Shown: positions 1-13,400, numbered from the stretch's first letter. The stretch is DNA of 64,000 nucleotides from Convolutriloba macropyga (GCF_964194025.1 NC_134469.1:4588001-4652000), one strand, 5' to 3'. Notes: generated by a model not told the origin, from the letters alone. A program made the numbers and translations.

Positions 1-700
1 AATTGAAAAGTCAAATATTGTTGAAAATAATTATTACTCAACTTTTCAATTTAGTCAATGGTTCACCTACAGCTTTCATGTACATCATCGAGGGTTGTGC
101 TTCGTTTTTTAAATAATGAGGCAATTTATCTCAAAAACCTCGAGGATGTTTTCATCCTTTGGGAATTTTCTTTTCATCCTGCAGAATATTTTCATCCTTT
201 GGGTATTTAATTGAAGAACATTGCAATTTTTTGAACTATAGAGAGGTCTATCCAAAAGCTGGTTGATGTTTTCAATATATGTCAGCAAAAACTTTCTTGT
301 TTTTTAAATTGCTAAATGTTTATATATTATATTTTTTTAGCTGAATTTTGAACAACCTAACAGTTAATTCACAACAGTTAATATTAATAATAAAACGAAG
401 ATAACTAGTTAGCAATTTTATTGAATAAGAAAGGGGGAAAATTGTTTAAACAAAGAAACCAATTTATCTCCAACCTCAGGCTGCTGTTCAAAACGGAACT
501 GTATATTGACAAAAACCAGATTTAGCACCAATTTTTTAAGCAACTGAGAGTGAAAGCATCAATACAATTACATCAAAGTTGATCAATCTAAACTTCAAGA
601 ATTTCCTTAAACATAACTCTGGTCAACCCAGAACACTTAATTCTGTTCAAACTCATCCTTATTTGAGGTCTGTGGATTTCAATTACTGAAGCCTGAGCTA

Positions 701-892
701 AACTTCAACTAATTCGTCGGCGTTTTTCACAGAGCGGATTTAGAGCGGTTTCGTGGATAAAACTGACAATCCGAAACCTACAGGATTATGTCTGTGGACT
801 TAACAGAGCATGAGAACATCGCCTTTCACTCAATTGATGTTATATTTTATAAACAACGGCGATTCTGAGTCCGAACGAATTAGTTGAAATTT
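701..892. repeat. Small inverted-repeat (MITE-like) element
   Basis: aacttcaactaattcgtcgg (701-720) versus ccgaacgaattagttgaaatt (871-891): imperfect ~20-bp IR. Confidence 0.4.
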
Positions 893-1413
893 TCAAATCA
901 GATACAAAAAAAGCGCTTCCTGGCTTGGGAGCAGATTTTGGCTGCCTTATAATTGATTTGAATAAAGATAATACATAAATGATAAAAAATATTAACCAAC
1001 ATTCAATTCACCGAGTCGCTTTACATGGCATCCGTTTCCCGTTCCCCTATAGCATACAGAAAACAATTTTCATGGCATCTTTTTCTTGTTCCCCTATAGC
1101 ACAAAAAACACGATTCCAAATACAAAACCAGCTTCAAAAAATCTGTGCTGGAAAAACTATTTCTCCAAGACAAGGCACTGAAACCATTTCAAAATCCCCA
1201 CGCGTTTTTCCTGAGCTAACTACAACCCAGAATGATTTGAGCTAAAATCAATTTTCGTCACCTTACACCAGTTTCAGTACCCCGAGAGTCCAAATTCCAA
1301 GTTCCCAAGAGTTCCAGTTAAACTCATGCAGTTCATCGCCGAATTCGGACATAATGTCGTCGACTTTTTCTTTTCATTTCACACTGTAACGTGCCCATTG
1401 AATTGTTCTGGAC

Positions 1414-2827
1414 CCGTGTCGCCACTTCTTAATAATCATACTAAGATCATATATGATACCATGCAAATCATAGACTATATCTTAGTATGAACTTAAAAAG
1501 ATTTCCATTTTTTCATATATGACTTTCTATGATTTTTAAGAAATCATTAATGATCTTTGTATTAAAACCCAGAAACCATAAGCAATGGCGTTCGCTGAAA
1601 CATCGAACAAGCATATATGATTTTTCTATGAGTATTAAGAAATAATATATGGTCTTAGTATGATTTTTAAGAAATCATATATGATCTTAGTATGATTTTT
1701 AAGAAATATGATGAATCTGTCCAGGTTTTTTCGTGATACCTCTTACTATCTCGAACTGCAAGAAAAACTGTCCGCACTTTAGGCGAGTTTTCCTTTGCAG
1801 CCCAAGAAAAAAACAGAGGCTCTGATAGCTAAAAAGACACAAACAGGTTCCGGATAAGCCAGAACCTAAAAAAAACAAAATGTAGCACAATAACAACAAA
1901 ATGTAGCACCATAACATATAAAGGCAAGGAAGACAAACAACATAATGGGAAAATCCCTATAAGGGCACAGGGAAGGGGCACCTAAGAAAAAACCGATTTT
2001 TTTCCTATTTGAAAAATCATTTTTTTGACAAAATATTAAAAAAAAAACCAAAAAATGGCAGCCATGAGCTACAAATCCAACAACAATTTTACTGGATGTA
2101 AGAGTCATACTGCATGTGTCGCCACTTCTTAATAATCATACTAAGATCATATATGATACCATACAAATCATAGACTATATCTTAGTATGAACTTAAAAAG
2201 ATTTCCATTTTTTCATATATGACTTTCTATGATTTTTAAGAAATCATTAATGATCTTTGTATTAAAACCCAGAAACCATAAGCAATGGCGTTCGCTGAAA
2301 CATCGAACAAGCATATATGATTTTTCTATGAGTATTAAGAAATAATATATGGTCTTAGTCTGATTTTTAAGAAATCATATATGATCTTAGTATGATTTTT
2401 AAGAAATATGATGAATCTGTCCAGGTTTTTTCGTGATACCTCTTACTATCTCGAACTGCAAGAAAAACTGTCCGCACTTTAGGCGAGTTTTCCTTTGCAG
2501 CCCAAGAAAAAAACAGAGGCTCTGATAGCTAAAAAGACACAAACAGGTTCCGGATAAGCCAGAACCTAAAAAAAAACAAAATGTAGCACAATAACAACAA
2601 AATGTAGCACCATAACATATAAAGGCAAGGAAGACAAACAACATAATGGGAAAATCCCTATAAGGGCACAGGGAAAGGGGCACCTAAGAAAAAACCGATT
2701 TTTTTTCCTATTTGAAAAATCATTTTTTTGACAAAATATTAAAAAAAAAACCAAAAAATGGAAGCCATGAGCTACAAATCCAACAACAATTTTACTGGAT
2801 GTAAGAGTCATACTGCATGAGACACGG
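1414..2827. repeat. Head-to-tail dimer of a ~700-bp unit with short inverted termini (non-autonomous DNA transposon-like)
   Basis: 1416-2115 is nearly identical to 2116-2819; outer ends CCGTGTC (1414-1420) and GACACGG (2821-2827); internal ATCATATATGAT palindromic subrepeats. Confidence 0.85.
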
Positions 2828-2849
2828 AAAGTAGTCTATAGATGAACAG

Positions 2850-5520
2850 AAAAAACGTTAGGTTTTCATACTGAAATTTGCAATTTTCAAAAATAACGAA
2901 TTTTAAACATAAGTATTTATTTTTTATCAAATCAAGGAGTGGACCAAATCAATCGGAAAACGGCACGGAGTGTACCCTGTGTAAGTAGAGTGTAAAAAAA
3001 ATTTGCAATAGCTCGCCTAGGAAAGGAGTTAAATTTTCGTACGGAAATTTGCAATTTTCGAAAATAACAAATTTTTTAAAAAAGTATTTTTTATCAGACC
3101 AAGGAGTTGTCCAAATCAAACGAAACTTGGCGCGTGGCATACCCAGTGTATGTAGCTTGTAATAGGAAAGACATTTTTTTCAATAGCTTTGGATTTTTGA
3201 GAGATTTTTTGCAATAGCTTTGAATTTTCGAGAATAACAAATTTTGAAAATCTTTTTTTTTATCTGACCAAGGAAATAAGTTTTCTTTGTCAGACCAAGG
3301 AGTTGTCCAAATCAAACCAAATTTTTCACAGAGTATAACCTGTATTTGTAGAGTGGGTTAGGAAACACTTTTTTTCCACAGCTTGCCTAGGGAAAAAGAT
3401 AAGTTTTTCCACAGAAATTTTGGATTTTCGAGAATAACATTTTTTGAAAATAAAAATTTTTCATCTGACCAAGGAATTGTCCAAATCAAACGAAACATGG
3501 GAAGGAATATACATTCTGTATGTACAGTGTAAAACGAAAAGATTTTTTGCAATAGCTTGACCGGGGAAAAAGTGAGGTTTTCATACAGAAATTTTGGATT
3601 TTCGAGAATAACGAATTTTGAAAATAAATATTTTTATCCGACCAAGGCATTGTCCAAATCAAGCAAAACATGGCACGGGGTATAGCCTGTGTGTAAAGTG
3701 TAAAACAAAAAGATTTTTTGCAATGTCTCGCCTGGAGAAAAAGTGAGGTTTTCATACAGAAATTTTGGATTTTCGAGAATAACGAATTTTGAAAATAAAT
3801 ATTTTTATCCGACCAAGGCATTGTCCAAATCAAGCAAAACATGGCACGGGGTATAGCCTGTGTGTAAAGTGTAAAACAAAAAGATTTTTTGCAATGTCTC
3901 GCCTGGAGAAAAAGTGAGGTTTTCATACAGAAATTTTCGATTTTCGAGAATAACGAATTTTGAAAATAAGTATTTTTTATCAGACCAAGGAGTTCTCCAA
4001 ATCCAACCAAATTTTGCTCAGAGTATGCCCTTTGTATGCAGAGTAAGTGACAAAAGAATTTTTTTCTATAGCTTGCCTAGGGAGAAAGTTAGAGTTTCAC
4101 ACAAAGTTTTGGATTTTAAAGAATAACGAATTTTGAAAGTAAATATTTTTTATCTGACCAAGGAAATAAGTTTTTTTAATCAGACCAATGGTTTGCCCAA
4201 ATCAAACTAAATTTTGCACAGAGTGTGCCCTGTGTATGTAGTGTGCGACGAAAGAATTGTTGTCTATAGCTCGCCTAGGGAAAAAATTAGGTTTTTCCAC
4301 AGAAATTTTGTTTATTCCAGAAAAACAAATATTGAAAATAAATATTTTTCATCTGACTAAGGAATTTTCCAAATGAAACAAAACCTGGCGCGGGGTATAC
4401 AATGTGTATGTACAGTGTAAAACGAAATGATTTTTTTGCAATAGCTTGATTGGGGAAAGTTAGGTTTTCACACAGAAATTTTGGATTTTCGAGAACAACG
4501 AATTTTGAAAATATTTTTTTATCCGACCAAGGAACTCTCCAAATCATACAAAACATGGCACGAAATATACCCTGTGTATGCAAAGTGTAAAACAAAAGGA
4601 TTTTTTGCGATAGCTTGCCTGGGGAAAAAGTGAGGTTTTCATACAGAAATTTTCGAAAATAACATATATTATAAACGTTTTTATCTGATCAAGGAAATAA
4701 GGTTTTTTTTTATTAGACTAAGGAGCTGTCCAAATCAAACCAAATTTTGCGCATAGTATAACCTTTGTGTGTAGAGTGTGGGACAAAAGAAATTTTTCTA
4801 TAGCTTGCCTAGGGAAAAGGTTAGGTTTTCACAGAAATTTTGGATTTTCGAGAATAACGAATTTTGAAAATGAATATTTTTTTCTGACCAAGGAAATGTC
4901 TAAATCAAACCAAATTTTACACATCTTTTAACCTGGGTATGTAGAGTGTGGGAGGAAGAGATTTCTTCTATAGCTTGCCTAGGGAAAAGGTTAATTTTTC
5001 ATACAGAAATTTTCGTTTTCCGAGGATACCGAATTTTTTAAATAAATATTTTTCATCTGACCAGGGAATTGTCCAAATCAAACGAAACATGGCACGGGGT
5101 ATACACTGTGTATGTACAAAGTAAAACAAAAAGAATTTTTTGCAATAGCTTGACTGGGGAAAAGGTTAGGTTCTCATACAAAAATTTTCGAGAATACCAA
5201 ATTTTAAAAATGAGTCTTTTACATTGTGTGAAGCAATAGTTCAAATCAAACCAAACTTCGTATGAAGTATTCCCTGGGAATGTAGAGCAAAAAACAAAGA
5301 AAAATTTCTGCTATAGATTGCCTAGGAAAAAAAGAATCTCTCGTATGTAATTTTTCAATTTTTTTGTTGAATAACTACTTAAATTTATTTCAAGATTGAT
5401 TGAGTTGTTCAAATCAATTCAAACCTATTGTCAGAGGTCTCATGTCTATGAGGAGTATATAATGCTGAGAAATATTGCTACAGCAAGCTTAGGGTGAATC
5501 TCGTTTTTATACGGAAATTT
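2850..5520. repeat. Tandem satellite, ~171-175-bp monomer, about 15 copies
   Basis: The anchor GACCAAGG..TGTCCAAATC recurs; AGTGAGG at 3571, 3742 and 3913 gives an exact 171-bp period; degenerates toward 5520. Confidence 0.92.
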
Positions 5521-5659
5521 GAAAAGCATGTTAGATAAGACATTTAATTACTTAATTTCAATCAAGAAAAAATTATCAATTACAGATAAAAAGGTGTTAC
5601 TTGATCAGGCTAATGTTTTAAAAGTTTTGTTCAAGAATTCTGTCAGAGACAGAAATTTC

Positions 5660-6200
5660 TTAGTCGTGTTCAAAAATATTTAGCAAAGGAACAAAGTAAA
5701 TCATAGCAGAAATATAGAAACGGATAAGTTTTTCAGTTACAAAATCCTCAGAAACTGATAGAAAGTCTTCACTTTCCGGCTCTTCAACTATCATATAACT
5801 GTAAAGTGCATTTTGACTGCCAATTGGCGATTTGAATAGTTTTTTCAGTTTGTAGACTTGGATTGAAACGTAATTTTTGCTGCCGTTAGAAAAAAAGAAC
5901 CTCACTTGTCCGCAAATCATTTGCCTATCGACCAACACACAGACATAGCAATCTTTCGTATTGCCAAATCCCTCGATTTGAAAATAGGAAAACTGTTGAT
6001 TTTTATAAAACGCAGTCCCATAACTTCTCGCTGTTTCGGGTATCTCTGAAGGCGGAATGCTTTTTCTTTTGAACATTCTAGTCCCGTTCATTTTACTACA
6101 AAATTTTGCTAATCTGTCGTTTTCTAAAGTAGCTCGCCTTACATAAACATCGTAATTTTAACATTACAGATGGCAAATTTACGGGCCCGTAAAATTTTTA
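5660..6200 (-). mobile_element. CACTA/EnSpm-like (CMC) transposase C-terminal remnant
   Basis: The 143-aa ORF with GQVRFFF and terminal ..YFVPLLNIFEHD* resembles animal EnSpm transposase C-termini; frameshifted continuation upstream (FTGPVNL.., NDRLAKFC); no intact DDE core seen. Confidence 0.5.
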
Positions 6201-7131
6201 AACAGGATTTTATGGACTATATTATCTGACTGCGGAATTTTTGAAAACCACGTATTTCACAACTGCGTTTTTATATTTTGATAGTATCTTAATAGCAACT
6301 CGAGGGTCAACAATTGAACATATTTCTGATCTTGACGCGTGTCTCAATTCTCTCGATACAGAAATATTCCAAATTAATTTAACAATGTTCCATTTTGAGT
6401 GGTTAGACCATAAAACATCAAGGGTATAACCTCTATAATCAAAGACCGTCGAACTTTTTAAATTTAAGCCGTCCAAATTTTTTAAACAGCTTAGATTGTT
6501 CAAAGGACTAGTGCACAAAATTACAAATTGCTGACCTATCCTATCAAGCCTATGATATTTACTTTACGTTTTTTGAACATGACTCAAGTGCGTTTGATCT
6601 AAAGGACATCAAAAATATTATGACACAATGAAATCCAAGATAGTTCGAATAAATTAAGGATCACATTGTGACCATCAGTTGAACAAGATAATCAGGTGTG
6701 ACGCGTCCTGAGAAAAGATTGCAGCTGTGATTAAATAGCCAGTGACAAACGGATGGAATAATATATTGTGCTCATCAAGTTTCCCAATTAGTTGCGAAGA
6801 AAAAAATAATGAATTAGATTTGCATGGAGTGGTATGAAGTATCGAGAATTTGAAAACTATCTTTACATCTCTATAATGAATAATTGTCCTGTACAATTGG
6901 AAAATAAGCTCGCTTGATAAATAAACACATTCATGAGGATAAAAACCTAGCTTCATTTCGACAAGTCGGTCATTTCAAATAACTTGGGTTTATTAAGCAA
7001 CACCATCTGACAGACGAGTAACACAAAGTAAGAAGTAATACATCAGTAAGAATAAACAACACTAAAACAAGGTAACCGACAAACAATAAACAATGAAGAC
7101 TGATGGAAACCTAATACGACAATAAACTGGA

Positions 7132-7539
7132 CTAATCCAGCATTGGCATTTCAATTACTTTGCTCTTGTGAGATCTCATCATGTGGCGTCTCATACTGAA
7201 GAGGTAAATAGTAGTAAACATACACAATTTGCAATCTAGCGGGTCCACGCTCTTATCGTGAGTCCACGCCACGTGGCGGGCAGTCAGATATTTGGCAGTA
7301 GAAACATATTCGCAGTATTCGCACTAGAAAACCTTCTTTTTAAACACCGAACTTCTATTATTAGCCGCCCTCTTTTTCTTGTTCACTTTGATATCGTTTT
7401 CCAGTGGAAGAACTCTTTTGATATCGACAGCTCCATGACAAATGTCTGTTTCGAGATCAGCAATGGCCAGCAATAAATAGGCTTCACAGGTAATAATCGA
7501 CTCTTGGAAACAAAATTCAAATGATATGTCAGCGGCCAT
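7132..7539 (-). pseudogene. Small C2H2 zinc-finger gene (2 fingers) interrupted by one in-frame TAG
   Basis: Reading through the TAG at 7324-7326 gives F*CEYCEYVSTAKYLTARHVAWTH and LDCKLCMFTTIYLFSMRRHMMRSH, both exact C-x2-C-x12-H-x4-H; basic KKKR stretch upstream. Confidence 0.8.
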
Positions 7540-7711
7540 TGTCACAATTCAACGTAAACAAATGACTTAAAACAAAATAACAATCAAATCTGAAATACAT
7601 AACATATGAAGACCATTGAGTCTATTTTACTATTCAGACACTAGAAAAATACAAACGGAAACAGATTGATAAACACTGGGATTGACACCGCACGGTCGAA
7701 GCCCCAAGCTT

Positions 7712-8105
7712 GCACTACTACTTCTGCTACCACCCCACAACTAATTCTGACTCCACCCGAAGATTGCACTACTTTTTCTACAACTACACCACAACTAATT
7801 CTGACTCCACCCGAACCTTGCACTACTACTTCTACTATCACATCACAACTAATTCTGACTCTCACATCGACCTCCAACCCCTTCTAACCTCCAACGACCT
7901 CCGACTTCCGATCTCCACCGACCTCCGACCTCCATCGACCTCCGACCTCCACCGACCTCCGACCTCCACTGACCTCCGTCATCAGACTTCGCCACCGACC
8001 TCCGCCACCGACCTCCACCGACCTCCGCCACCGACCACCGATCTCCACCGACCTCCACCGACCTTCGCCACCGACCTCTACGGACCTGCACCAATCTACA
8101 CCGCT
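7712..8105. repeat. C-rich minisatellite (54-bp x3) followed by a (CCGACCTCC/A)n low-complexity tract
   Basis: CACAACTAATTCTGACTC occurs three times 54 bp apart; then ~230 bp of ccgacct/ccaccgacct units. Confidence 0.85.
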
Positions 8106-10559
8106 TTCACTCCAAAGATGTAATGCACCACTTTGAAGAAGGTTGGTTTCGGGGGCGGCAATTCTAAGATAAATTCATTTATCATGGAATTGCTATGCAC
8201 GTACTGCAACATGTTGGTTGATACTTGTCAGACTACTCAGTGAAACAGCAAAACGCTAGTGATCCTAGAATGCATGACTCATCATGCTCAGACATACAGC
8301 AGTGCATGTTTCATGATATTCAGACAAACAGCAGTCCCCTTCTCCTCATACACAGACAAACAGCATTCAAAACGTCAACATTAAATTTATGCTGATTCAA
8401 TGCTCAGTCTGTCAGATTTAATTAGTCTGCAAATAAAAAGATTCAGTGATGAGTAAAATTGGAATGTAATGATTCATTAATGAAATGCTATGAGAGGTAA
8501 CTCCGGGCAGTTATTAGAGATTGCTATGAGTTTAACTGTCGTTTAAAAAAACAACGGAAACGAACGAAACCAAATTAGTTTAACACGCTGGATAGACAAG
8601 CTTATATTGTTTCAATTCTTATTCCACATATGCCTAGTAGACAACTTTTCAAGAAAGCTGGCGATGCAGTTAAATACGCATTACACTATGATGAAGAATG
8701 CACAGTAGCAAAATTAGAAATAATTGAAATTTCAGTTAAGCAATTTGTTCAGTCAATTGAAGAACACAAACTAATAAAACACGCAGCTTTAAACACGTAG
8801 CAACTTTTGAACAATAGTTAAGTAATGCTCACAATCATGGCAGAAGAACAAAAGGTGTGAATATTCTACGCATAAGCGGGCGGTCAAAACAAAAGCTAAA
8901 AAGATCGCTTTTTGCAGTTTACTGGCCTAATATACAATTAACGCTATATCAAAGTTGAATTCCTCCAAATTTTATTCATTACTGAATATCATTATAATAA
9001 ATGTTACTTGACGAGTCGCTCCATCAGCATTTTACTATTGCACAAATCTATCAATTCATTGAATGAACGTTACCCTCGGGTGTGAACGCCACAAATAGAC
9101 ACTACAGATACGTGTGACCAGAAGCAATCGTTAAATACTACAGACCACAGAGCCAACAGATCGAAAAATCAACCTGCTCACACAGATTTCCTGGTATTGT
9201 TATACTGTTCAATCAACAAGCAGTCAACAGCATCGTTTACTTCAAAATATGTCCCCATAAAAGAAAGGGAGCCCACGACAATAGCCAAAGACGTAAATAG
9301 ATGCATCTGCAGAAGGTCTGCAGAAAGTCTGCAGAGAGTTTGCCCTATTGAAAAAAGTGCCATACCCCGCGTCTTAAAGGCAGCGATGATCGAGCCTCTA
9401 AATGCAGAACAACCCAAAAGCTGGAGAATGACAGATTTTTTGACGAAAGCATATTGGCTATACATCATTCGTAATTTAACTGTAAAAGCTAACGATTGCG
9501 TGGGCCCTGTTCCTCCATTCGTAAAAGATTTATGAGCTGTCATCCAATAATCATCTCGGTTTAGTTCCCTGGTGAAAGGAAATAAACCCAATGAAGAAGT
9601 GCATTGTTATTTCCAAGTACATTGTTATGCTCGACGGTTGAGGTCAAGAATTTCATCAAATAACGCGAGCATCGAGTACTGACGTAATTAGGCTTTCAGA
9701 TTCCAAGGAATATACGATAAAAAGGTGTGTTAAAACCATTACAAAATCGAATACCAGCTTCAGTTAATGGACTATTGCGCTCTCGGTCTTATAAAAGGTT
9801 TGATTGAAATGCCAAAAGTCAACTAGCTTGTAAAAATAAGCGTCAGAACGAACTAAAATTTAAAAGTAAAAATTTCGAGTGAGCGTTATATAAAATTCAT
9901 TTCCAACTTAGAAATCATACTCAAAGAACTACAAAATTGTGACCGATAGTTGCTCACTTCGGAAAACCTCCTAACACACCGCTATAAAAATTAGCAACGG
10001 AACCCAATGATCGGCATTTTTTCTTGAAATGTGGATTTCGGTTAAGAAAATTTGTAAAGATAACGGTACCGTGCGCCCAGGAATTACTGACCATGGCTGG
10101 AATAACGTCAACAACTGAAACGACAGAGTTTAAACGCAGAGTTAAAAAGGAGGAACTAATAAAGGATATTGTTGGTAGCTACAACAAACACCGAACCCCT
10201 ACAGACCGTTGCAGCTATTTATCTGAAAAAAAAATAACCTCTACCACGTACAAAGTCTTCAGTTAGACTAGCCATTGAAAAAACAGACCTGAATGAGTGC
10301 TCCCAAAAAAAACTTGGACCGCTTTTTTGAAGTTCTGGCTCCAGGAGCGAGAATCGAATCGACAGCGAAAACATACAAAATTATTCAAGAGGGGTATGCG
10401 AAGATCACATTAAGCAACAGTGACAGAGAAAAGTCTCGAAAACATTGAGAACGTTCCTCTCACACTTCCAATACGCAATTAGAAGACAATGGCAGCCAGA
10501 CGGAAAATATTTGAACGAAAAACTAATTCAACGTGCCTCAAAATTTCAATTAAGGTTCC

Positions 10560-11647
10560 TTCTGCTGTATAGTTCATTTCAGCTGGTAGCTCCTGATAAA
10601 TGCCGCGATTAACTGCCAATATAAATTGGTGACTATTGAAAGCAAGTCATTGGAGGACCTACTGTAAAGTGTGTTAAACTTTCTCAAATAAGTGGTGATC
10701 GAAAACTATGTATGGATCATAACGGTGGAATTGAGGAGTCCAATTGTTCATTGAGGGCCAGTTTTTATAAAAGGGATTCTGAAAAGATCCATTAGAGCCA
10801 CGCAAAAATGCTGTCAGTAGTCTAAACCGTGACTTTGCCTTGGCAAACATTGAGAAACTATGCCCTTCCTTCTAACCTACTATAATTAGCTCATACTTTA
10901 AACCATCAAGTTTGATTTGAACAAACAAACAAGCAATAAATAGTCCATCAGCAGGTACAACGCAAGGTATTCCCCCTTGCAATATCGATGTAAAAAACTG
11001 CCAAAGGCCCCTTAATTGAATTTCTTTTCGATTGCTTCACAGTTCGTGTAATTCAGACGACGATAATGCAGTTAGCTTTGTTGATTCCCTTAATAAATGT
11101 TTTTGACTCGTTGAGTCAACATTGTGCGGCCCCCGGTTACAATCTTAGCAGGTGCCATGATACTACCGCGGATCGTAGTTTTTAGGAACCAGACAGGAGG
11201 AAAAAGTTGACGGTTGTAGAAAACTACGTACTGAGTTAACTTCTGGTAATGCAAAAAAAAGAAATTTGGACATAGGAAACAAAAAGAGCAGAGAAAATTT
11301 TTCAAAAAAATTGGCCTCTCATGCAAATTTTTTTACCTCAAAATTTTTTTAAAAAGTTCACATGATCGGTTCAACATAAATTCATATTCCTAGCTTGTAC
11401 AACTCCAAGTAACTAAGGCCTGTTAAAACAAAGTGAAAACTCAAGCCACGGTGAGCAGCTAGCAAATCTAGTAATAAAGAACCAGCCTACAACCGAAGAA
11501 CGGATATAACTTCGTTGCGGATAAAGTAGGGCAGCCTAAGCATCTTTAATCTTGAATACTGCTTAAAATTACGATCATTCTGTTCAACTTTTGCATATTT
11601 TATCTCTATTACTGCCCGAAGCAAAATTACAATATTTCGTATATGAA

Positions 11648-11683
<36 letters not shown>

Positions 11684-12430
11684 AGAACTTGGTATGAAAT
11701 CGAGAAAAACGACAATAAAGAGCAACCTTGACACGCTCACTTGACTTCGCTAGTGAAAGAAGAGCATTGAGATGGTTGAACGCTATGCCGTTGAAGTGAT
11801 ATAATTTTCACCTGATGGAAAGCAATACTTTTGATGTCACTGCCCTTCGTTGTAATTCGGATCCAATAAAATTGCGTTCAATATGTGCCTCCAGTGAAAA
11901 TTTCTTTGTTGCACATGCTGTTCATTGACCAAAAGGAGATACTATGAACTTCGCTACTCTTTCGCAAATATGTAAAGTGAAAGTGATTTTGTTCATGATG
12001 TTGAGCTTGAACCTCAGCCTCTGTCGTCTCCAAGGGAAACCGTTGATCTTACATCAACCAAAACTGACAATTTTGCAATATTAGAGATCAAGGACAACGG
12101 GTTTTGGGAATCCAGAATCATTAAAACAACTAAAACAATTTAGAGATTCTCAACTCGCTAGCTAAAAGTTGTCGTGAAAGAAGTAGCGAAGTCCGCAAGT
12201 ATAAATAATTCATTAAAAAGAACAAATGTGAACACAGAATAATGTTGTTGAGAAAGCAACGACCACTTCACTTGTATTTTCCTGTACTGTTGGAGCTGGC
12301 CCTTAAGATTCACAAGCGCTGAAATATTTTGCATCAGAGCTTTCTGTGCGAAAAAAAGGACAACTTGAGAGAGGGGAGAGAAGAAAAGATAAATGATAAT
12401 TTCTCTAAAGTTAAATTGAACACAAAAAAG
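10560..12430 (+). mobile_element. Heavily decayed RLE-type (CRE-like) non-LTR retrotransposon
   Basis: Broken frames give LCMDHNGGIE, KNAVSSLNRDFALANIEKLCPS, AGTTQG(IP) (RT); ASE..WLNAMPL, ICAS.ENFFVAHAVH (Zn knuckle); HDVELEPQ..LEIKDNGFWESR (restriction-like endonuclease). Many stops and indels. Confidence 0.7.
11652..11680. repeat. (AG)n microsatellite
   Basis: Direct reading. Confidence 0.95.
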
Positions 12431-12529
12431 CACAAAACAAACCTACGTATATGAAAACGACGCATGACAGATAAGATGGAAACTTTAAAGTTAACATAAT
12501 TCCACGTGTTTGGGGAAAAATGGCCAGAA

Positions 12530-13400
12530 TAATGATTTGGTTTGATAAACTGACAAATAACTTTGAGATTGTTCGAGCATTTCATAACTATTCTACAACC
12601 AAGCTCGTTCATCAAAGTGACCTCAATCAATCGGGGCTTTGAACTGTCTGTCGGGTCTGTCTTTTCATGTTAAATATAAGGACTATGACATAATTTGTAT
12701 TAACGTCATTTTCTTGTATTTCCTTTTTATCATTTTTTGAATTCATTTCATATGGCATGTCATATTTTGGATTTCTTATCACTGCCATCATGTCACATCT
12801 TGGAAAATAATCGGCTTCCTCACATAAGGAGCTCCATCTTCTGCATTGGACGCTAAGGGACACTAAGGGGTCGCCAAAATGTTGATGCTTCAACGGGAGC
12901 CGTTGGTATAGGAGTGAGGCTGCTGAAATTAATCATATGACCTAATTGTTGTGATAAAGGTATTAAGTAGCTCCGGCTGTGTAATAAACTTCTGAAATTT
13001 ACAAAATTAGGACAAGATGAATCTTGTTCGAAATAACAGCGGATCCAATTTGGGCAATAAAAAGAATGGCGGCATTCATCTTGTGGAGTGTATTGGGCCA
13101 ATGGACGTTGCGAATAACAGACATTTGGGACAGATACTTGAGTGCTAATGCTTATTTCCAAAGATATTATATCCAGGCTCCTTCAACTTTTTCAACTAAA
13201 AAGTGGATAATTTCTCCTGGAACTGCTTCTTCTCACTTACTGCTGCTAAAGATATTGGGAGCTTCATCAATAAATATAGGGGGACAAATAAACAATTTAT
13301 AAAAAAAAGCAAAGCAAAAATGTTACTGGACGGAAAGCCAGACTTTTTGGAATGAAGAACGTTTCTCGTATTCTGATGAGTAAATTCAATTGGCAGCCTC
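12530..13400 (+). repeat. Diverged duplicate of 15350-16100 (LINE-derived array unit fragment)
   Basis: Shares tttggtttgataaactgacaa..., gggacactaaggggtcgccaaaatgttgatgcttcaa and ggaactg.ttcttctcacttact with 15350-16100. Confidence 0.8.

Noticed and set aside
1699-2811. Duplicated hydrophobic/Cys-rich ORFs
   Set aside because: Reverse reading of A-rich repeat DNA; homopolymer indels shift the frames between the two copies.
3486-4010. 174-aa ORF with 57-aa repeats
   Set aside because: Translation of the 171-bp satellite; neighbouring monomers are not in frame.
2850-5520. CRISPR-like repeat/spacer array
   Set aside because: The intervening sequences are homologous to each other rather than unique spacers; eukaryotic context; no cas genes.
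7641-8123. Mucin/extensin-like ORFs on both strands
   Set aside because: Low-complexity minisatellite open in several frames; no independent coding evidence.
8630-8800. Short ORF MPSRQLFKKAGDAV... resembling a piggyBac transposase N-terminus
   Set aside because: Only a vague resemblance; no TTAA/TIR pair or catalytic region found.
9178-10500. Overlapping ORFs 9178-9591, 9197-9535 and 10024-10266
   Set aside because: No recognisable domain; at most faint LINE-like decay, too weak to call.
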